From positions 806,001 to 870,000 of the forward strand of contig NC_086108.1 of assembly GCF_963921235.1 (NCBI RefSeq): a stretch of 64,000 bases of DNA. Direction: 5' to 3'. This DNA is from Mobula hypostoma (taxonomy: Eukaryota). The notes under the pieces are model-generated. The model was not told the origin of the DNA. It ran no database searches and was given only the letters and a program-made list of their open reading frames with translations. The position numbers and the translations under genes were made by a program. Shown piece by piece: positions 11,151 to 25,289 of this stretch (the first letter of the stretch is position 1; each line of letters opens with the position of its first letter).

Positions 11151-11634
11151 TATTTATTTATTTTGCTTAAACAGTCAAAAGATCTCTGCCTCATCTGCTC
11201 TGTATAGCAGGAAATGTTTCAACAGCCCTTTACATATAGAAACAAGTTCTGACCTGCTTCCTTTCTGAGAATCTTTTAAGCAAAGAGATTTTGTCACTAA
11301 CTTTTCGACATGAGGCGATGGTCATTCTCAGTTATTTGCCAATTTTAAACCTTTTATTCGAATTTCTTTTATCCTGCCCCATAATATGAGTGGCAAACAC
11401 TGCCTGGTTCGTCACAAGCTTTTTGTTTCCTTCCATCCAGTCCACAATGTGTTGGTTCAGGAAGACTGGATACTTGCTAACCTGACTGTTCTCTTTTCTC
11501 TCCTCTCTTCTGGGAGAAGATACAGAAGCTTGAAAGCCTAAGCAACCAGATTCAGGAATAGCTTCTTCTGCACTGCTGTCAAATTGTGAACAGCTTTGGG
11601 CCCCATATCTAATGAACCAAGATAAGAATGAGGA

Positions 11635-12075
11635 GGAGGTGGGGGACCCCAATGAAACCTACCAGATATTGAAAGGCTGGGAAAGAGTCAACATGGAGGG
11701 TCCTGAAGGAGGGTCTTGACGTGAAATGTCTATAGATGCTGCCTAACCTGAGTTCTCCCAGCATTTTGGGGAGTTTTCGATAGTGCGAGAATTTAGGACC
11801 AGAGCCTTGGAACAAAAGGACAACTCTACAGAACAGATGGGGAGGAATTTCTTTTGCCAGAGGGTAATGAATCTGTGAAATTCATTGTCCCAGATAACTG
11901 TGGAGGCCAAGTCATTGCATATATTAAAAGTGGAGGTTGGTACGTTCTTCATTAACAAGGGAGTCAAAAGTTAAAGGGAGAAGGAAGGAGAGGGAAAATA
12001 AATCAGCAACAATGGAATGGTGAGTAGACAATGGGCAAAATGGCCTGCATCTGCTACAGTGACTTATTATGGACT
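11635..12075 (+). mobile_element. Degenerate CR1 3' fragment containing a short Penelope pLTR piece (~11698-11785)
   Basis: ETYQILKG and FFCQRVMNL remnants; inserted gtcctgaaggagggtct...gaaatgtc. Confidence 0.6.
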
Positions 12076-12349
12076 TCCATACCAACCAGCTCCTTCACAT
12101 TCCCTTTCCAGTGGTACTGTCAGGTTCTCCAGCTCCTGATTCCAGCTCTTGGTCTTCTATGATTGTCATATCAGCATTTCTTTTTACACTGCTCCAGACT
12201 GCACTCTGAACTTCCCACCATTCTGCTGTCGTATGTATTATTGTTGTGTTTATTACTGCCGTCTGCACTGTGAGCCTCCTGCAAGCAAGAATTTTCACTG
12301 CGCCCTGGTCTTGATGGCAATAAACTAATCTGAATCCTATCCCAACGTT

Positions 12350-12660
12350 GTCGTCGTCAAACTTTTCTGCAAAAGTTGTTTGCCATTGCCTTCTGGGTAG
12401 TGTCTTAACAAGATGGGGGACCCCAGTCATTATCAATACTCTTCAGAGATTGTCTGGTGTCAGTAGTCGCATAACCAGAACTTGTGATATGAATCAGCCG
12501 CTCATATGACTCTCCACCACCTGCTCACAAGGCTCCTCGTGACCCTGATCGGGGAGGCTAAGCAGGTGCTACACCTCGCCCGAGGGTGATCTACAGGCTA
12601 ACAGAGGGAAGGAGCACCTTACACCTCCTTTGGTAGCAATGTATCTCCACTCCAGCACCC
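12350..12660 (-). mobile_element. RTE-mobilised SINE-like family, copy 3
   Basis: Homologous to 6427-6778. Confidence 0.75.
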
Positions 12661-12825
12661 AAATCCCAACATACCGATATTTAAATTACCTTCCTCCAGC
12701 ATTCCAAGGAGTAGGTTACATGGTCACAAGTGTGTAATTGGGCGGTGCGGGCTCGCTGGGTCAGAAGGGCCTGTTATTGTGCTGTATCTCTAAACAAATT
12801 AAATATTTTTTGTCTTCTTCGACAG

Positions 12826-15800
12826 TGTCCTTTGGGTCCTGCTGGATGTACTGAAGCTGACCTTGAAGATGCCTGTGCAGTTCCCCCACCTACCTACTCT
12901 CCAATCCTTCTCCTCCTCAAAAAAAAACAAAAAAAAAAGATTTTTCTCTCCGACTTCTCCTCACTGCCTCTCTCACGGTGTCAGACTGCCCACCGCCGAC
13001 CTGCGTCACTCATCGCCTGCAGCAACGGCTCATTCCATCCCTCCTGCAGGGAATGAGTTCCTGCTGACCTGGTTTCATTTTGGTTGGAGTGGGTACCAAA
13101 GACGTGTCACCCAGGGGAAAAGAGGTTGGCTTGCAGTGTGCAGTCCAGTGGAAGGGTGGTTCCTCCTCACTGGGATGAAGCTGTCCCGACACAAGAAGTG
13201 TCATTGTCTAGAATCTGAATGAGTCAACCCCTTGCACTATAGATTTTCTACATTATATTGTAAATGTATTGCATTATATTGTAACAAGGCTTGGTTTAGC
13301 CAGTGAACTGCATTTCCCTATTTCCACTATTGACGTTAGTCCTAGCAAGAGGTAGGACCAATATGTTCCCCTTTCCCAAAACTGACTTGTCTCCACTGTG
13401 TCTGTCTCTGTGTTATTGACACTATTTGTTTGTGGATGGTGGGGATGAAAACATTGCACTAGTAAAGGGAATTTTCAGCCCAGGTACTCTTTATGGTATA
13501 TCTCACCATGAGGCTTTCTCCTTTAGAAGCTATTTAGGTTGGTCTTTATTGATGTTGGTTTAATGTTTTGAGGAAGTGGATCGTGCAAGGCATTCGCAGC
13601 TTGAACACTAGGATCTTCATTTAGGAGTGTGGTCGCACTGAGGTTTGTACCTGCTGGGAGCGATCTCGTTATAAACCATGTAAATAGCTGTACATGGTTA
13701 TTGATCATCTCAGTGACCTACAAGCAACTGGAGAATAACTATTTGAAGTTTAATGATTTTGGTCAGTGACACTAGTCAGAATCACTACAGAACAGATCAT
13801 TGGTTCGCTGTTGCATTGAATGTGGGAGCTAGCTGCGTGCAAATTGGCTGTGACCTCCCTTGCTTTATAATAACAATCGCACATCAGAAGTTATTGTCTG
13901 GATTGAACTTTGTGGTGTCCTATGCCCATAAAGACACCAAATGCGTGCAAGTCCTTTCTTTTCTGGTGATGGTCCTAACCCTTATGTAAAGTCAGTCATT
14001 CTGTGTGGATTTCTGCATTTTCTTGTCAAATTTTCAGGGAACAGGAGGCTGAAAGTGATGGAAATCACTTTAATCATGATTCTTGACTCGGTTGCCAAAA
14101 ATGCCTAGTGATTTTTTTTTTAAAGTGTGGAAAAATAGTGATTGTGCTCTTGCGATCAATCAAATTTACACAGGAGCTGTTTTCGTTTTGTCAGACAGTG
14201 ACATTTAAGACTAAAATTGCCCCTGGTAATGGATTAGACTGCAATACTTAGGGAACCTCCCTTGCTCTGTGTGAGTTTCCTGGCACAAGCACTGCTTATT
14301 TTAAACACCACATCAACCAAAACTGATGATTGCTCAAAGCCAAAGCCACGGCGTCATTCCATTCTTCCTGCTGCGAGCCGTTTGCTGGGCAGCTGACAAC
14401 GCCGCCTCTGCGGCGCTGTCTTTCCAATCAGTCAGAAAATTTATCTTGAAACCTTTGGTGTCTAGAATGTGCCGGAAAACCACCACACATCTGGCAACAA
14501 ATCTCTGGGCTGGCTCCTTCATAGAGCAGCCATTACAAGTATTAAACAATTTCCGTCCATCATTTTTGATTTTGCTTTCGATATCAGGTACCAAATATTT
14601 TTGCTTTTTAATGTAATATTTTGGTTCCCCGATATGTCAAATAAGGCACATGGCTTCAAGCTTGTGCAGTATCCCTTGCAATGACCTGTCTACTGAGAAG
14701 AATGGTCTGTATTTTGGCTTGGCTGAGAGAGAAATCACACAGGATCCGTAAGCTTTGATGTTTCCTTATACTGTCTCTGGGTACACTATAGAACTACATC
14801 GATCTCTTTCTACACTGATTCCTGGAAGGATTGCTTTGTGGTACAGAGTAATAAACAAAAGCAAAGTGTGATATTGATAATATAGATCAAATTATTGATG
14901 ATTCAGTCCCTCTATCTCATGCGATGTTTAGGGAAAATAAAGATTAGCTTCTTTGATATAAACTAGAGTTATCTTACCCAGCTTTAGCCGCAGTGTCGCA
15001 TTACCTCAGTATTAATTTACTGCCATTTAAAATCAATTTCAACTTCAGCCTATTCTTTTCAATTGAAAGAAATTTCCACTCGGAAAAGCTGTAGGGGGTC
15101 AGATGGAAACTGGTTGCCTTGTCTGTGACAGGCGTAATGTGCAAAGAATTAAGGCTCTATTTGGTACCACAGGGACTAGACTGGGTCAGGAGCAGGATAT
15201 TTGCTCCCAGTTCTACCTCGGTGAAGATGTAGTGTTTACGCTCACTGTGTTACACTCTTTTCCTTATGCAGAAAAGATTTATAGTCATAAAAATGGCAAT
15301 AAGGAAAGGTTAATAATAATACATCCAACTCTAATGGAATAGAAACTAGCGTGTTTTGTAGAGAAATGAATGCTTCAATTCAGGCTATCATATCAACATT
15401 AATTCATTAAGGCTTTCCTTTTATGTGTTATTGTCTAGGTCTGAAGTTTTTATAGGTGTGTGTGTGTGTATGTATGTTTGTGCGTGGGTGCACGTTTGCT
15501 TGCCTCACATGGGAGATAGGCTTGTGATTTAGAGAAGGCAAGCTGACCCTAGCATGCTGAGCAGCGGGTATATGTTACCCGGGCACGCTTCACAACCTCA
15601 GTTGCAGCTCAGGGTGTACACGGATCATCATTTGCCAACTCCTGACCCCAGCTACGAATATACAGGCTGCTTTTAAAATTCCTGTGATGGTTGGTCCCTC
15701 TGACTTACAAGCAAACAATGAGGCACTAGCCTAGATCCTACCAGAACTCAGCATCTTCTCTAAGACTTGCAAAAGAATCGTGACAAATAGGAACGCATGC

Positions 15801-16235
15801 ATGTTGCAAGTGGACACAGACCAAGCTGAAACCACATGACGGACAATGCAAAGTTGCAGAAAGACCAATACAGACCGACTTTTCTATGAAGTGTGTAAGT
15901 CGCAATGTGCAGTCATTGGTATGAATCAGCATGTGGTCCGCGTGTATGACCAACTGGAGAAGCTCTCAGGATGGTAGTGGAGAGAGGAGAACTTAGCACA
16001 TCCTCATTTCTTACTAGTGCATCTACAAAGTCTGCCTGCGATACGAGCGGTAGGTTGTTGCTCCAAGAGTTGTATCTGACTGATCCCAAATGAAACTGGT
16101 GGAGTCATCTACCCTATCATCTGAGTGCTCGACTGCAGAGCTGGTCTAAAAAGTGCAATAAATGCCATGCAATGAGCATAACTGCATGCAGGTTACACTT
16201 GGACATGTATAAATAAACTGATGCTGTGACTTTCT
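12826..16235 (+). other. PPP1R37: Probable terminal non-coding (3' UTR) exon of PPP1R37
   Basis: Good acceptor ttttttgtcttcttcgacag at 12825. About 3.4 kb is conspicuously free of LINE debris, with AATAAA at 16212 (others at ~14850, ~14936, ~16156). Confidence 0.55.
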
Positions 16236-19200
16236 AGCCTTTAAATGCAGAGAATCTGCATATAGCATAACACTATGTATAGAGGTACGTGTTAACTTGT
16301 GTCACAGGGCTGCTTAAAGTCTGATTCTATATTTTTTTTCCCTGATGTGTACTCTTGAGGTCTTGTTGTAATAATTGTGAATTGTTTTTCTTCCCCTCCC
16401 CCCCCCTTTTTTTTGACTGATTCACACACTTGAGGAGTGACGTGGCTGATGCAAAGATGTTACTTGACACTGTCCGGGCACTGCAGCAGTCTGGGGAAGG
16501 AGTGGGGTTTTGCATCCTGGCAACAAACTCTGCCAGATCCAGGCTGTGATTACTACTTTTTGATTTCAGTGGGTCTTGCTCTCATTTTAAAAACTCAGCA
16601 CTGAACATCCTCCATTGCAGGTTAAACATCTGCTGGAGCTCCAAATCCTCTTCATAACATGTTATGAAGGCATCTAGGATCGACGTCTGAAATAAATGGG
16701 TAGATACAATGGGCCCAACAGTGGGGAGAACAGCCCTTCTGAGAAATAATACACTACAGTGACATAATTAGCTTTGGTTTACATTTCCTGCTCAAAGCAA
16801 TTAAAACGAGTGCAATCCCAGACACACTGTCAATGTAATGAGTCTGGGATCTTCCTCACAATGAGGGTACATTTATTCACAACTGTTGTTCAGCAGCATT
16901 CCAACTGCATCCCTTCGAGGCTATGTGTATGAAGGCGAATACTTCTGAAACCATTTACTTGTCCCTAAATTACCCAAAGGGCTTTTAGTTTTAAAATGAG
17001 CTAATTTGTTTGTGGACTATGCAGTGAGATTGGTGGATGTGTTTGGATCCATATTGAATTTTTTTTTATTATTCTTAAGCTGGATTTGGGAATCACTGGT
17101 GGAGCTCTTATTTGTGGAGTTCTTTCTATTACCCTTGAAAAGTGGTGGTGGGATTAGAACGCAACATTATGTTTTCCATCTACCCTTGAGAAGATGGTGG
17201 TGGTATTGGAAACTAATGAGGACTGTCTGATTCAGGGCAGGAAGGGAGTGACAGTATTATTTTCTACTGAACCATGCTGGGTCAAGAAACCATCACATCC
17301 CCTCCCACCCCCAAGATTAACTTGCACTCATGCAGGTCAGTGATGGACTTCCCAGTAGGGCAGAGAAAAATTGGCCATGGCTCTCAACATTGGACTTGTA
17401 CTGAGTCCTGGGTTGGATGCCTCCCCGCCACACACCCAAGCAGTGTCTCTGGTCAGATAACTGAATGCCAAAAGGTGTCACCACCTTTGTCAGAGGAGGG
17501 GAGGAACCTGAGGCAAAAAGCGTGTTTGCAGTGTTAGGGCAGTGATCACAGTGGGCCAGATGTCTGATTCCACAGGAAGGGAACCTGAAGGAAACAGGGA
17601 CAAGATCTTGAGGATGAATTGGGTCATGGCACGTTGCAATTTGTAACTCACAATGTGATCAGAAATCAGAGAGGGATGAGTACCATTTTCCCCACTGAAA
17701 CACAAGATGCAGAGGCTGGTTGATGGAGATAGAAGGGAAACCAACTGATGATTCCTGATTCTACTTTATTAAGCAATTGTTATGGTTTTAAGAATTACGT
17801 GAGGTGACCTTTCTGGATGGAGAATGCATCAGCTGCAACACTACTATCTGTGGGTTCAGAACATATCAGCTTGGTTCCCCACCGCCTGACCCAGCACAGT
17901 ACTCTGGACAAAGCCAGCACCAACTCCATCCTTGTATACTGACCCCTCATTGCCTCATAGTAACCCTAGTTGGTCCCTATACAAAAAAACTGTCCACACC
18001 TGATGCAGTTTAAGTATGTTGAGGATTTCCTGTTTCCAGCAATACTTTGGACACAGGTGAAAGATTTTCAGTGCTGTGGAAACTTAGTGCAATCTGCCTG
18101 TAAGTGTTGTAGAGTACCAAAGTAAATCCAGGAATTTGTGATTCCACAGTTTAAAATAATTTCCACAAATGACACAGATGACTACTGAGAAGCCCAGCCA
18201 ATCCTGGGCCAGTTATTCTGTTCAAGAGTTGACTCTAACTAACAACTGGGAGCCAGGCTAAAAATCTTTCCCGCACTGATGTCTACTAGCTGATTTACTT
18301 TTTCTTGTGCCTTCACTACCTCCCACCTTTTATGCAGCTTCTCATTGTCATGGGGTAATTTCATAGGTTGTGGTGGGATCCTTCCTGTCCACATCAAGCT
18401 TAACACAGCACTCTGTGTCTCTGTCTGCCTCTCCCTATCTCCCTCTCCTCCCACCATCACTTCTCCAATTCCACCTCACCCCTCACACTCCTTTCTCTTT
18501 TTCTTTTCTGTTCCATACCCAACTCTCAACCATATAATTTCTTTTGCTTCCTATCTGAAGCTCCCTGACCACAACACTGGCATTTAAAGTCACCACAGCT
18601 GTCGCTGTCACTAAGCCTAACCCACTGACTGTAAAGATGGCCAGTTACTCAGACCAACCTCTGCCATATCCTCCTGTCAACCTGAAGACTATCACAATGG
18701 TTATTATTTTCCGGAGAAATCATACACTTTGTATTTCTTTAATCAGCTCATAGGAACTGCCAGTATGCTGTGTTTTGAATCCTTTGTTAGAGTGCACCAT
18801 GGAAGTATTGGGGGTTCACCTGGAGTTGTTGCTTTTTGTCCATGTACCTGTGGGTGACAGAGCATGCATCTCCGCCCACAGTCTGTCCATGTTGATGCCT
18901 CCTCAAGTACCTGCACTTGTACAAGCCACTTGATTGGTCTGTTGATTCTGTTGAAGTGGATGTACCCTCCACTGGGCCCCTCTAGGTCTCTGAGATGAAC
19001 CTAATGGAATTATGTGAGTTTTAAACATCTTTGGATTTATTCAGAATCTTGGGTAATAATTACAATTAAAAAATTCTTTAAGTTAAACTGAGTCATTTTG
19101 CTGTGCTGCTCTTCCACTATATGCATTGCTGGCTGGGAATTCAGTGATTGAACTGGCTGACGCAATGGAGCCAGCTCTATCATGGGCACTAGCTTCCTTA

Positions 19201-19664
19201 CCATTGAGGACATCATCAAAAGCTGAACCTCAAAAAGCAGCATCCTCACCATCCAGGACATGCCCTCTTCTCATTACTACAATCAGAAGCCTGAAGACGC
19301 TCACCTAGCATTTTAGGAACAGCTTCTTCCGCTCTGCCAAAAGATTTCTCAACAGTCCCTGAACACTACCACACTATCTTCCTCTTTTTTATATACTCCT
19401 TGTAACTTATAGTAATTTTCCTTATGTATACCATTGTACTATTGCCACAAAACAGCACATTTTCTGAAATACATCAGTGATAATAAACCTGATTCTGATT
19501 TACAGACCTCACTTGAGGTATGTTTCTCTCAGTGCCCTAACCCAGTCAATTTATCATTGCTCTTCCTAGCAGTGTTCTTTCTTTCTAGAGTTGTCTGGGA
19601 TACAGTTATCTCTGGTGATCCTTTTCCAGGCATTCACAAGAACTTAGTGAGATAATGTAGCCAT

Positions 19665-20665
19665 ATAAGACACAGGAGCAGAATTAAGCGATTCGGACCA
19701 TTTAATCTGCTCCTCCAGTCAATCATGGCTGATCCCAGATCCCGCTCTCAACTCCATATACCTGCCTTCTCACCATATCCTTTGATGCCCTGACTGATCA
19801 GGAAACTATCAACTTCTGCCTTAAATATGCCCACAGACTTGACCTCCACCACAGTCACTGGCAGAGTTTTCCACAAATTCACTACTCTCTGGCTTAAAAA
19901 ATTCCTCCTTACCTCTGTTCTAAAAAGTCACCCTTCAATTTGGAGGCTATGCCCTCTAGTTCTGGATACCCCTTCCATAGGAAACATCCTCTACACATCC
20001 ACCATATCGAGTCCTGTCAACATTCGGTAGGTTTCAATAAGATCCCCACACATTCTAAATTCCAGTGAGTACAGGCCCAAAGCTGTCAAACACTGCTCAT
20101 TTGTTAGCCCCTTCACTCCTGGAATCACCCTCGTGAACCTCCTCTGGACTTTCCAATGACAGCAAATCCTTTCTGAGATATGGGGCCCAAAACTCTTATC
20201 AATATTCTAAGTGCAGCCTGACTAGTGTCGTATAAAGCCTCAGAATTGTCTCCTTGCTTCTATATTCTATTCCCCTCGAAATAAATGCCAACATTGCATT
20301 TGCTATCTTTACCACAAACTCAACCTGTAAATTAACCTTCTAGGAGTCTTGCCTTCTGGAAATCCAAGTAATTGACATCCACTGCCTCTCCTTTGTCCAC
20401 CCTGCTTGTTAGTTCCTCAAAGATAGATCTGTCAGGCAAGATTTCCCTTTACAGAAACCATGCTGACTTCAACTTATTTTATCATTGGTCTCCAAGTACC
20501 CTGAAACCTAATCCTTAATAATAGATTCCAACACTTTCCCAACCACTGAGGTTAAGCTATAATTTATTTTGCCTTCCTCTGTTGTTAAAGAGTGGAGTGA
20601 CATTTGCAATCATCCAGTCGTCCTGGACCATGCCAGAATCAAGTGATTCTTGAAAGATCATGACC
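19665..20665 (-). mobile_element. Degenerate CR1 (RT C-terminus and 3' UTR)
   Basis: Homologous to 52515-53640, with internal deletions. Confidence 0.8.
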
Positions 20666-21389
20666 AATGCATTCCACATACTTGGATCCTCCCTACAACC
20701 AGCCCCAACCTACTTCCCCTGCAGTTATATATACACACACACACCATTTCCACCTTGGTGATGTTGCCCAACACAGCAGCTGCTGAATCCCACTTCCCTG
20801 TCTTTGTTACCTCACGTTTGACAATTCCAGCGCTGAGGAGCGGCCTGCAAGTATCGCCACACTTGCTGCGACAATGTAGCATGCCCACAGGATACTGAAT
20901 CTAACCCATACATCTTAGGCATGTGGGAGAAAACTGGAGCACCCAAAGGAATCCCACATGCACAGATCACCCACGTCATATGAGACAGCACCTGCCCCAA
21001 CCACCTCTGGCAGACCATATACCCATCATACCCTGTGTAAAGAAATTGTCCCTTGGGTTCATTTTAAATCCCTCCCACTCACCAGAAACCTATACCCTTC
21101 AGTTTTGGGTTCCCTTTTCCTCAGAAACAGACAATTAATGTTCACCTTGTCTAGGCACCTCATGACTTTATACACTTCTATAAGATCATCCCATAATCTC
21201 CTATTCTCCAAGCAATAATGTTCTAGCCTTCCCATCTCTCCCTGTAACTCAGGCCATCTAGTTTTGGCAAAATTCTTGTAAATCTCTTATCCCCTGCCAG
21301 CTTAATTACATCTACACTATAACAGGGTAAGAAAAATTCACCACAGTACACTACTTAAGGCTTCGCAGAGATCTTGTACAACTGACATG

Positions 21390-21730
21390 ATCAACATCAT
21401 TATGTGCCGTGTTGTATGACTTGGGTGATCATGGTCTTTCCACAACCATTATTGTTCTTGGCAAATTTTTCTACTGAGGTGGTTTGCCATTGCCACCTTC
21501 TGGGCAGTGTCTTTACAAGATGGGTGACCCCAGCCATTATCAATACTCTTCAGAGATTGTCAGCCTAGCATCAGTGGTATGCACCAATTGCTCCCATAGC
21601 TTCACGTGACCTTGATCGGGGTGGGGAGTGTGCATTAAGCAGGTGCCACACCTTGCCCAAGGGTGACCTATAAGCTAGCGGAGGGAAGGAGGGTCTTACA
21701 CCTCCTTTGGTAGAGGTGCATCTACACCCT
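21390..21730 (-). mobile_element. RTE-mobilised SINE-like family, copy 4, inside an old CR1 remnant
   Basis: Homologous to 6427-6778 and 12350-12660. Confidence 0.75.
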
Positions 21731-21856
21731 ACAATTGTAATATCTCCAATTCATATGCTCAAAACTCTGACTGATGAAGGCAAGAATCTTGGTTAATATG
21801 TTTAAATCTAAGTCTTTACTATCTATTTGGACATACTTAGAAGATTCTTTGGTACT

Positions 21857-22483
21857 TTAGATTATGAAGACATGCAGTCCTCTTTTATTGTCATTTAGTA
21901 ATGCATGCATTAAGAAATGATACAATATTTCCTCCGGTGTGATATCATAAAACACAGGACAGACCAAGCCTGAAAAAAACTAACAAAACCACATAATTAT
22001 AACATATAGTTACAACAGTGCAACAATACCATAACTTGATGAAGAAGTTCATGAGCACAGTAAAAGTTCAAAGTCTCTCAAATGTCCCACATCTCACACA
22101 GACGGGAGAAGGAAGAAAAACTCTCCCTGCCATACCCGACCATGGTCCGACTCTGAGTCATCTGAAAACTTCGAGCTCTGATCAGCTCTCTGACACCAAG
22201 TACTGAGCGCCATCTCTGTCCGAACAATTCGACCTCCTTCTTGGTCACCAACAGCAGGCAAAGCCGGGGATTTTGAGGCCTACCCTGTGAAAGATTCCGG
22301 ACCGCGCAGTAACAACGGCAGCAAACAAGCGTTTCAGAAATTTTTCCAGATGTTCCTCTGTGCTTTCACGTCCATCTCCATCAAATCAGAATTGCCCATG
22401 GCCCCTATTTAGTAGATAAGATATCATTTTTCATCGGAGGGCTGCGCACACGCGGTGTGCTGCTTCTCTTCTCCTCCCGCCAT
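21857..22483 (-). mobile_element. Non-coding ~630-bp non-autonomous retroposon, copy 1
   Basis: Homologous to 39450-39968 and 54885-55530. The minus-strand 3' end has AATAAA, a GAGGAC/GTCTTC hairpin and an ATAATCTAA tail. TTAGAT occurs at both ends. Confidence 0.75.
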
Positions 22484-22497
22484 TAGATACATCATTA

Positions 22498-23075
22498 ATA
22501 GAAACATAGAAAATAGGTGCAGGAGTAGGCCATTCGGCCCTTCGAGCCTGCACCGCCATTTATTATGATCATGGCTGATCATCCAACTCAGAACCCAGCC
22601 TTCCCTCCATACCCCCTGACCCCTGTAGCCACAAGGGCCATATCTAACTTCCTTTTAAACATAGCTAATGAACTGGCCTCAACAGTTTGCTGTGGCAGAG
22701 AATTCCACAGATTCACCACTCTCTGTGTGAAGAAGTTTTTCCTAATCTCGGTCCTAAAAGGCTTCCCCTCTATCCTCAAACTGTGACCCCTCGTTCTGGA
22801 CCTCCCCAACATTGGGAACAATCTTCCCGCATCCAGCCTGTCCAATCCCTTTAGGATCTTATACGTTTCAATCAGATCCCCCCTCAATCTTCTAAATTCC
22901 AACGAGTACAAGCCCAGTTCATCCAGTCTTTCTTCATATGAAAGACCTGCCATCCCAGGAATCAATCTGGTGAACCTTCTTTGTACTCCCTCTATGGCAA
23001 AGATGTCTTTCCTCAGATTAGGGGACCAAAACTGCACACAATACTCCAGGTGTGGTCTCACCAAGGCCTTGTACA
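22498..23075 (-). mobile_element. Young CR1 3' fragment
   Basis: ORF with LVRPHLEYCVQFWSP...RRLRGDLIETYKIL; nearly identical to 52515-53100. Confidence 0.92.
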
Positions 23076-23369
23076 TTAAGTGTGGAACACACTATTTTCT
23101 CTGTATCCCTGCATCCATATATCTAATGATCCCATTGAACAGCAGAGTCATGTGATCCACCTGTGTCCCAAGCAATAGTTTCTCAAACATTCGGTTTTGC
23201 AACAAGACCCAGAAACTCATGATTTTTTTTAAAAAGTACAGTAATCTGAAATAGCAGAAAATGCCAGAACAATCAGGAGGTCAGGCGGCATCTGTGGAGA
23301 AATAAACGCTTTATAGAACATGGAACATTACAGTGTTGTACAGGCCCTCCAGCCCACAATGTTGTGTGT

Positions 23370-23845
23370 TGCTCACCTCACTACAGGAAGGATATGGATA
23401 CTATAGGAAATTTACAAGGCTGTTATCTGCATTCGAGAGCATGCCTTATGAGAATACATTGAGTGAACCCGGCCTTTTCTCCTTGGAGAGATGGAGGATG
23501 AGAGGTGATATGATAGAGGCATATAAGGTGATGACAGGCATTGATCATGTGGATAGTCAGAGGCTTTTTCCCAGGGTTGAAAGTTGTTTAGAAGTAGGTA
23601 CAGGGGGGATGTCAGAGGTAAGTTTTTTTTACACAGTGAGTGGTGGGTGTGTGGAATGCACTGCCAGCAATGGTGGTGGAGGTGGATACTTTTAAGAAAC
23701 TCTTAGATAGGTACATGGAACCTAAAAAAACAGAGGGCTATGTGGTAGGGAAATTCTAGGCAGTTTCTAGAGTAGGTTACATGGTCGGCACAACATTGTG
23801 GGCTGAGGGGCCTGTAATGTGCTGTAGATTTCTATGTTCTATGTT
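23370..23845 (+). mobile_element. CR1 3' fragment
   Basis: GLFSLERWRMRGDMIEAYK and a ttctatg tail. Confidence 0.8.
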
Positions 23846-23859
23846 GTGTTGAACTTTTA

Positions 23860-24395
23860 AACTACTCTAAGATCAATATAATTGTTCCTTCCCACATAAA
23901 CTTCCTTCTTTCTTTCATCTAAGAATCTCTTGTATTTCTCTGATGTATCCTGGCAATGTGTTCCACACACCCACCACTCTGTTAAAAAAAAAACTACCTC
24001 TGACATCCCCCTCCCCTATACTTTCCTCCAACCAGATTAAAATTATGCTCCCTTTGTTTCAGCCATTTCTCTCTGGGAAGAATTCTCCAGCTATCTACTA
24101 AAACATCTTATCATTTTATACACCTCTATCAAGTTACCTCTCATCCCGCTTCTCTCCAAAGAGAAAAGCCCTAGCTTGATCAGCCTATCCTCATAAGGCA
24201 TGCTCTTCAATCCAGGCATCATGCTGGTAAATTTCCTCTGCACCCTCGATAAAGCTTCCACATTCTTCCTATAATATAGTGACCAGAACTGAATACAATA
24301 ATCCAAATGTGGTCTAACCAGACTTTTAAAGAGCTTCAGCATTACCTCACAAACTCCCGCCCAATGAAGGCCAACACATCATACACCTTCTTAAC
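23860..24395 (-). mobile_element. CR1 3' fragment
   Basis: ORF 24091-24342 contains LVRPHLDYCIQFWS. Confidence 0.8.
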
Positions 24396-25289
24396 CTGGT
24401 ATTTGGTTTTCTAACCGTGAACATCTAAACTCAAAGACCTTAAGCCCAATTGGATATAAATAGCCACAAGTGCTCTCCCTAAAGGGTGTTGCCCTTTCTT
24501 CAAAGACTAGTTTACTTCCCTGTTTATTCTCCATGGTGAGCTTAGCTGCTAACACCCACTATTCATGTGGAAGAGACATCCAGCTAACAAAGTAGTTTAA
24601 AATAGTTCATTTATTTTCAATGATACATATATAAACCCAAACAACATTCTTAAAACACACTTAAAACTCACAAAGGATTTCTACCTTAAGCACTTCTAAA
24701 TTACAAACCATTTCTAAAACACAAAGGATTTTGAAAGCAGTTACAATTCCTATAAACTAAAAAGACATGCAAAAGATGCAGAAATACAAGTCATCTGTCA
24801 CAGAAACTGAAGCAAGAGGAATGGATTCTAATTCACCCCATGTTTCTTTCACGTTTCTTGTTGTTTCCTAACCATTCCTAATAATCCTGCACTGCTCTGT
24901 ACATTCATACTGTTTCTCTGGCACTTTGGTGAACATACACATATAATATTTCCACAGATACCCTTTTTACACAAATGGTCTAAAAGTCTCTTTGGAGATA
25001 CATTTACCAGCTTACACACAATTAAAGCCGTAAAGCTAACTTCCTTGAGTACATAAACCTTTCAACTATAAACACATCACTTATTTGATATGCAGTACTA
25101 AATGATACCATCTATCTGATCTGCAATGTTCCTTGAACTAAGCAATTTGGTCAGCTTGTCTGAAACAAATGAAATTAAATAATCCATTGTTTTACACTGC
25201 ACTTTTTGCTTGGACTCGTGCTATGAGCCAGCAAATCTGAGCTATAACAGAGCTTGTTTGCTAAGCTGTGTTTTTAACCTCACTGTCAG

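Noticed and set aside
14334..14594. Protein-like minus-strand ORF, considered as an antisense neighbouring gene
   Set aside because: No recognisable homology or supporting exon structure; probably 3' UTR sequence.
16380..16560. TGACGT and TGATTCA motifs as a regulatory element
   Set aside because: Short motifs like these are expected by chance, and no conservation data are available.
21768..21780. CTGATGAAGG as a hammerhead core
   Set aside because: It is part of antisense CR1 sequence, with no GAAA or supporting helices.
24400..25285. A/C-rich block of unknown origin
   Set aside because: I could not identify termini, TSDs, an ORF or a second copy.
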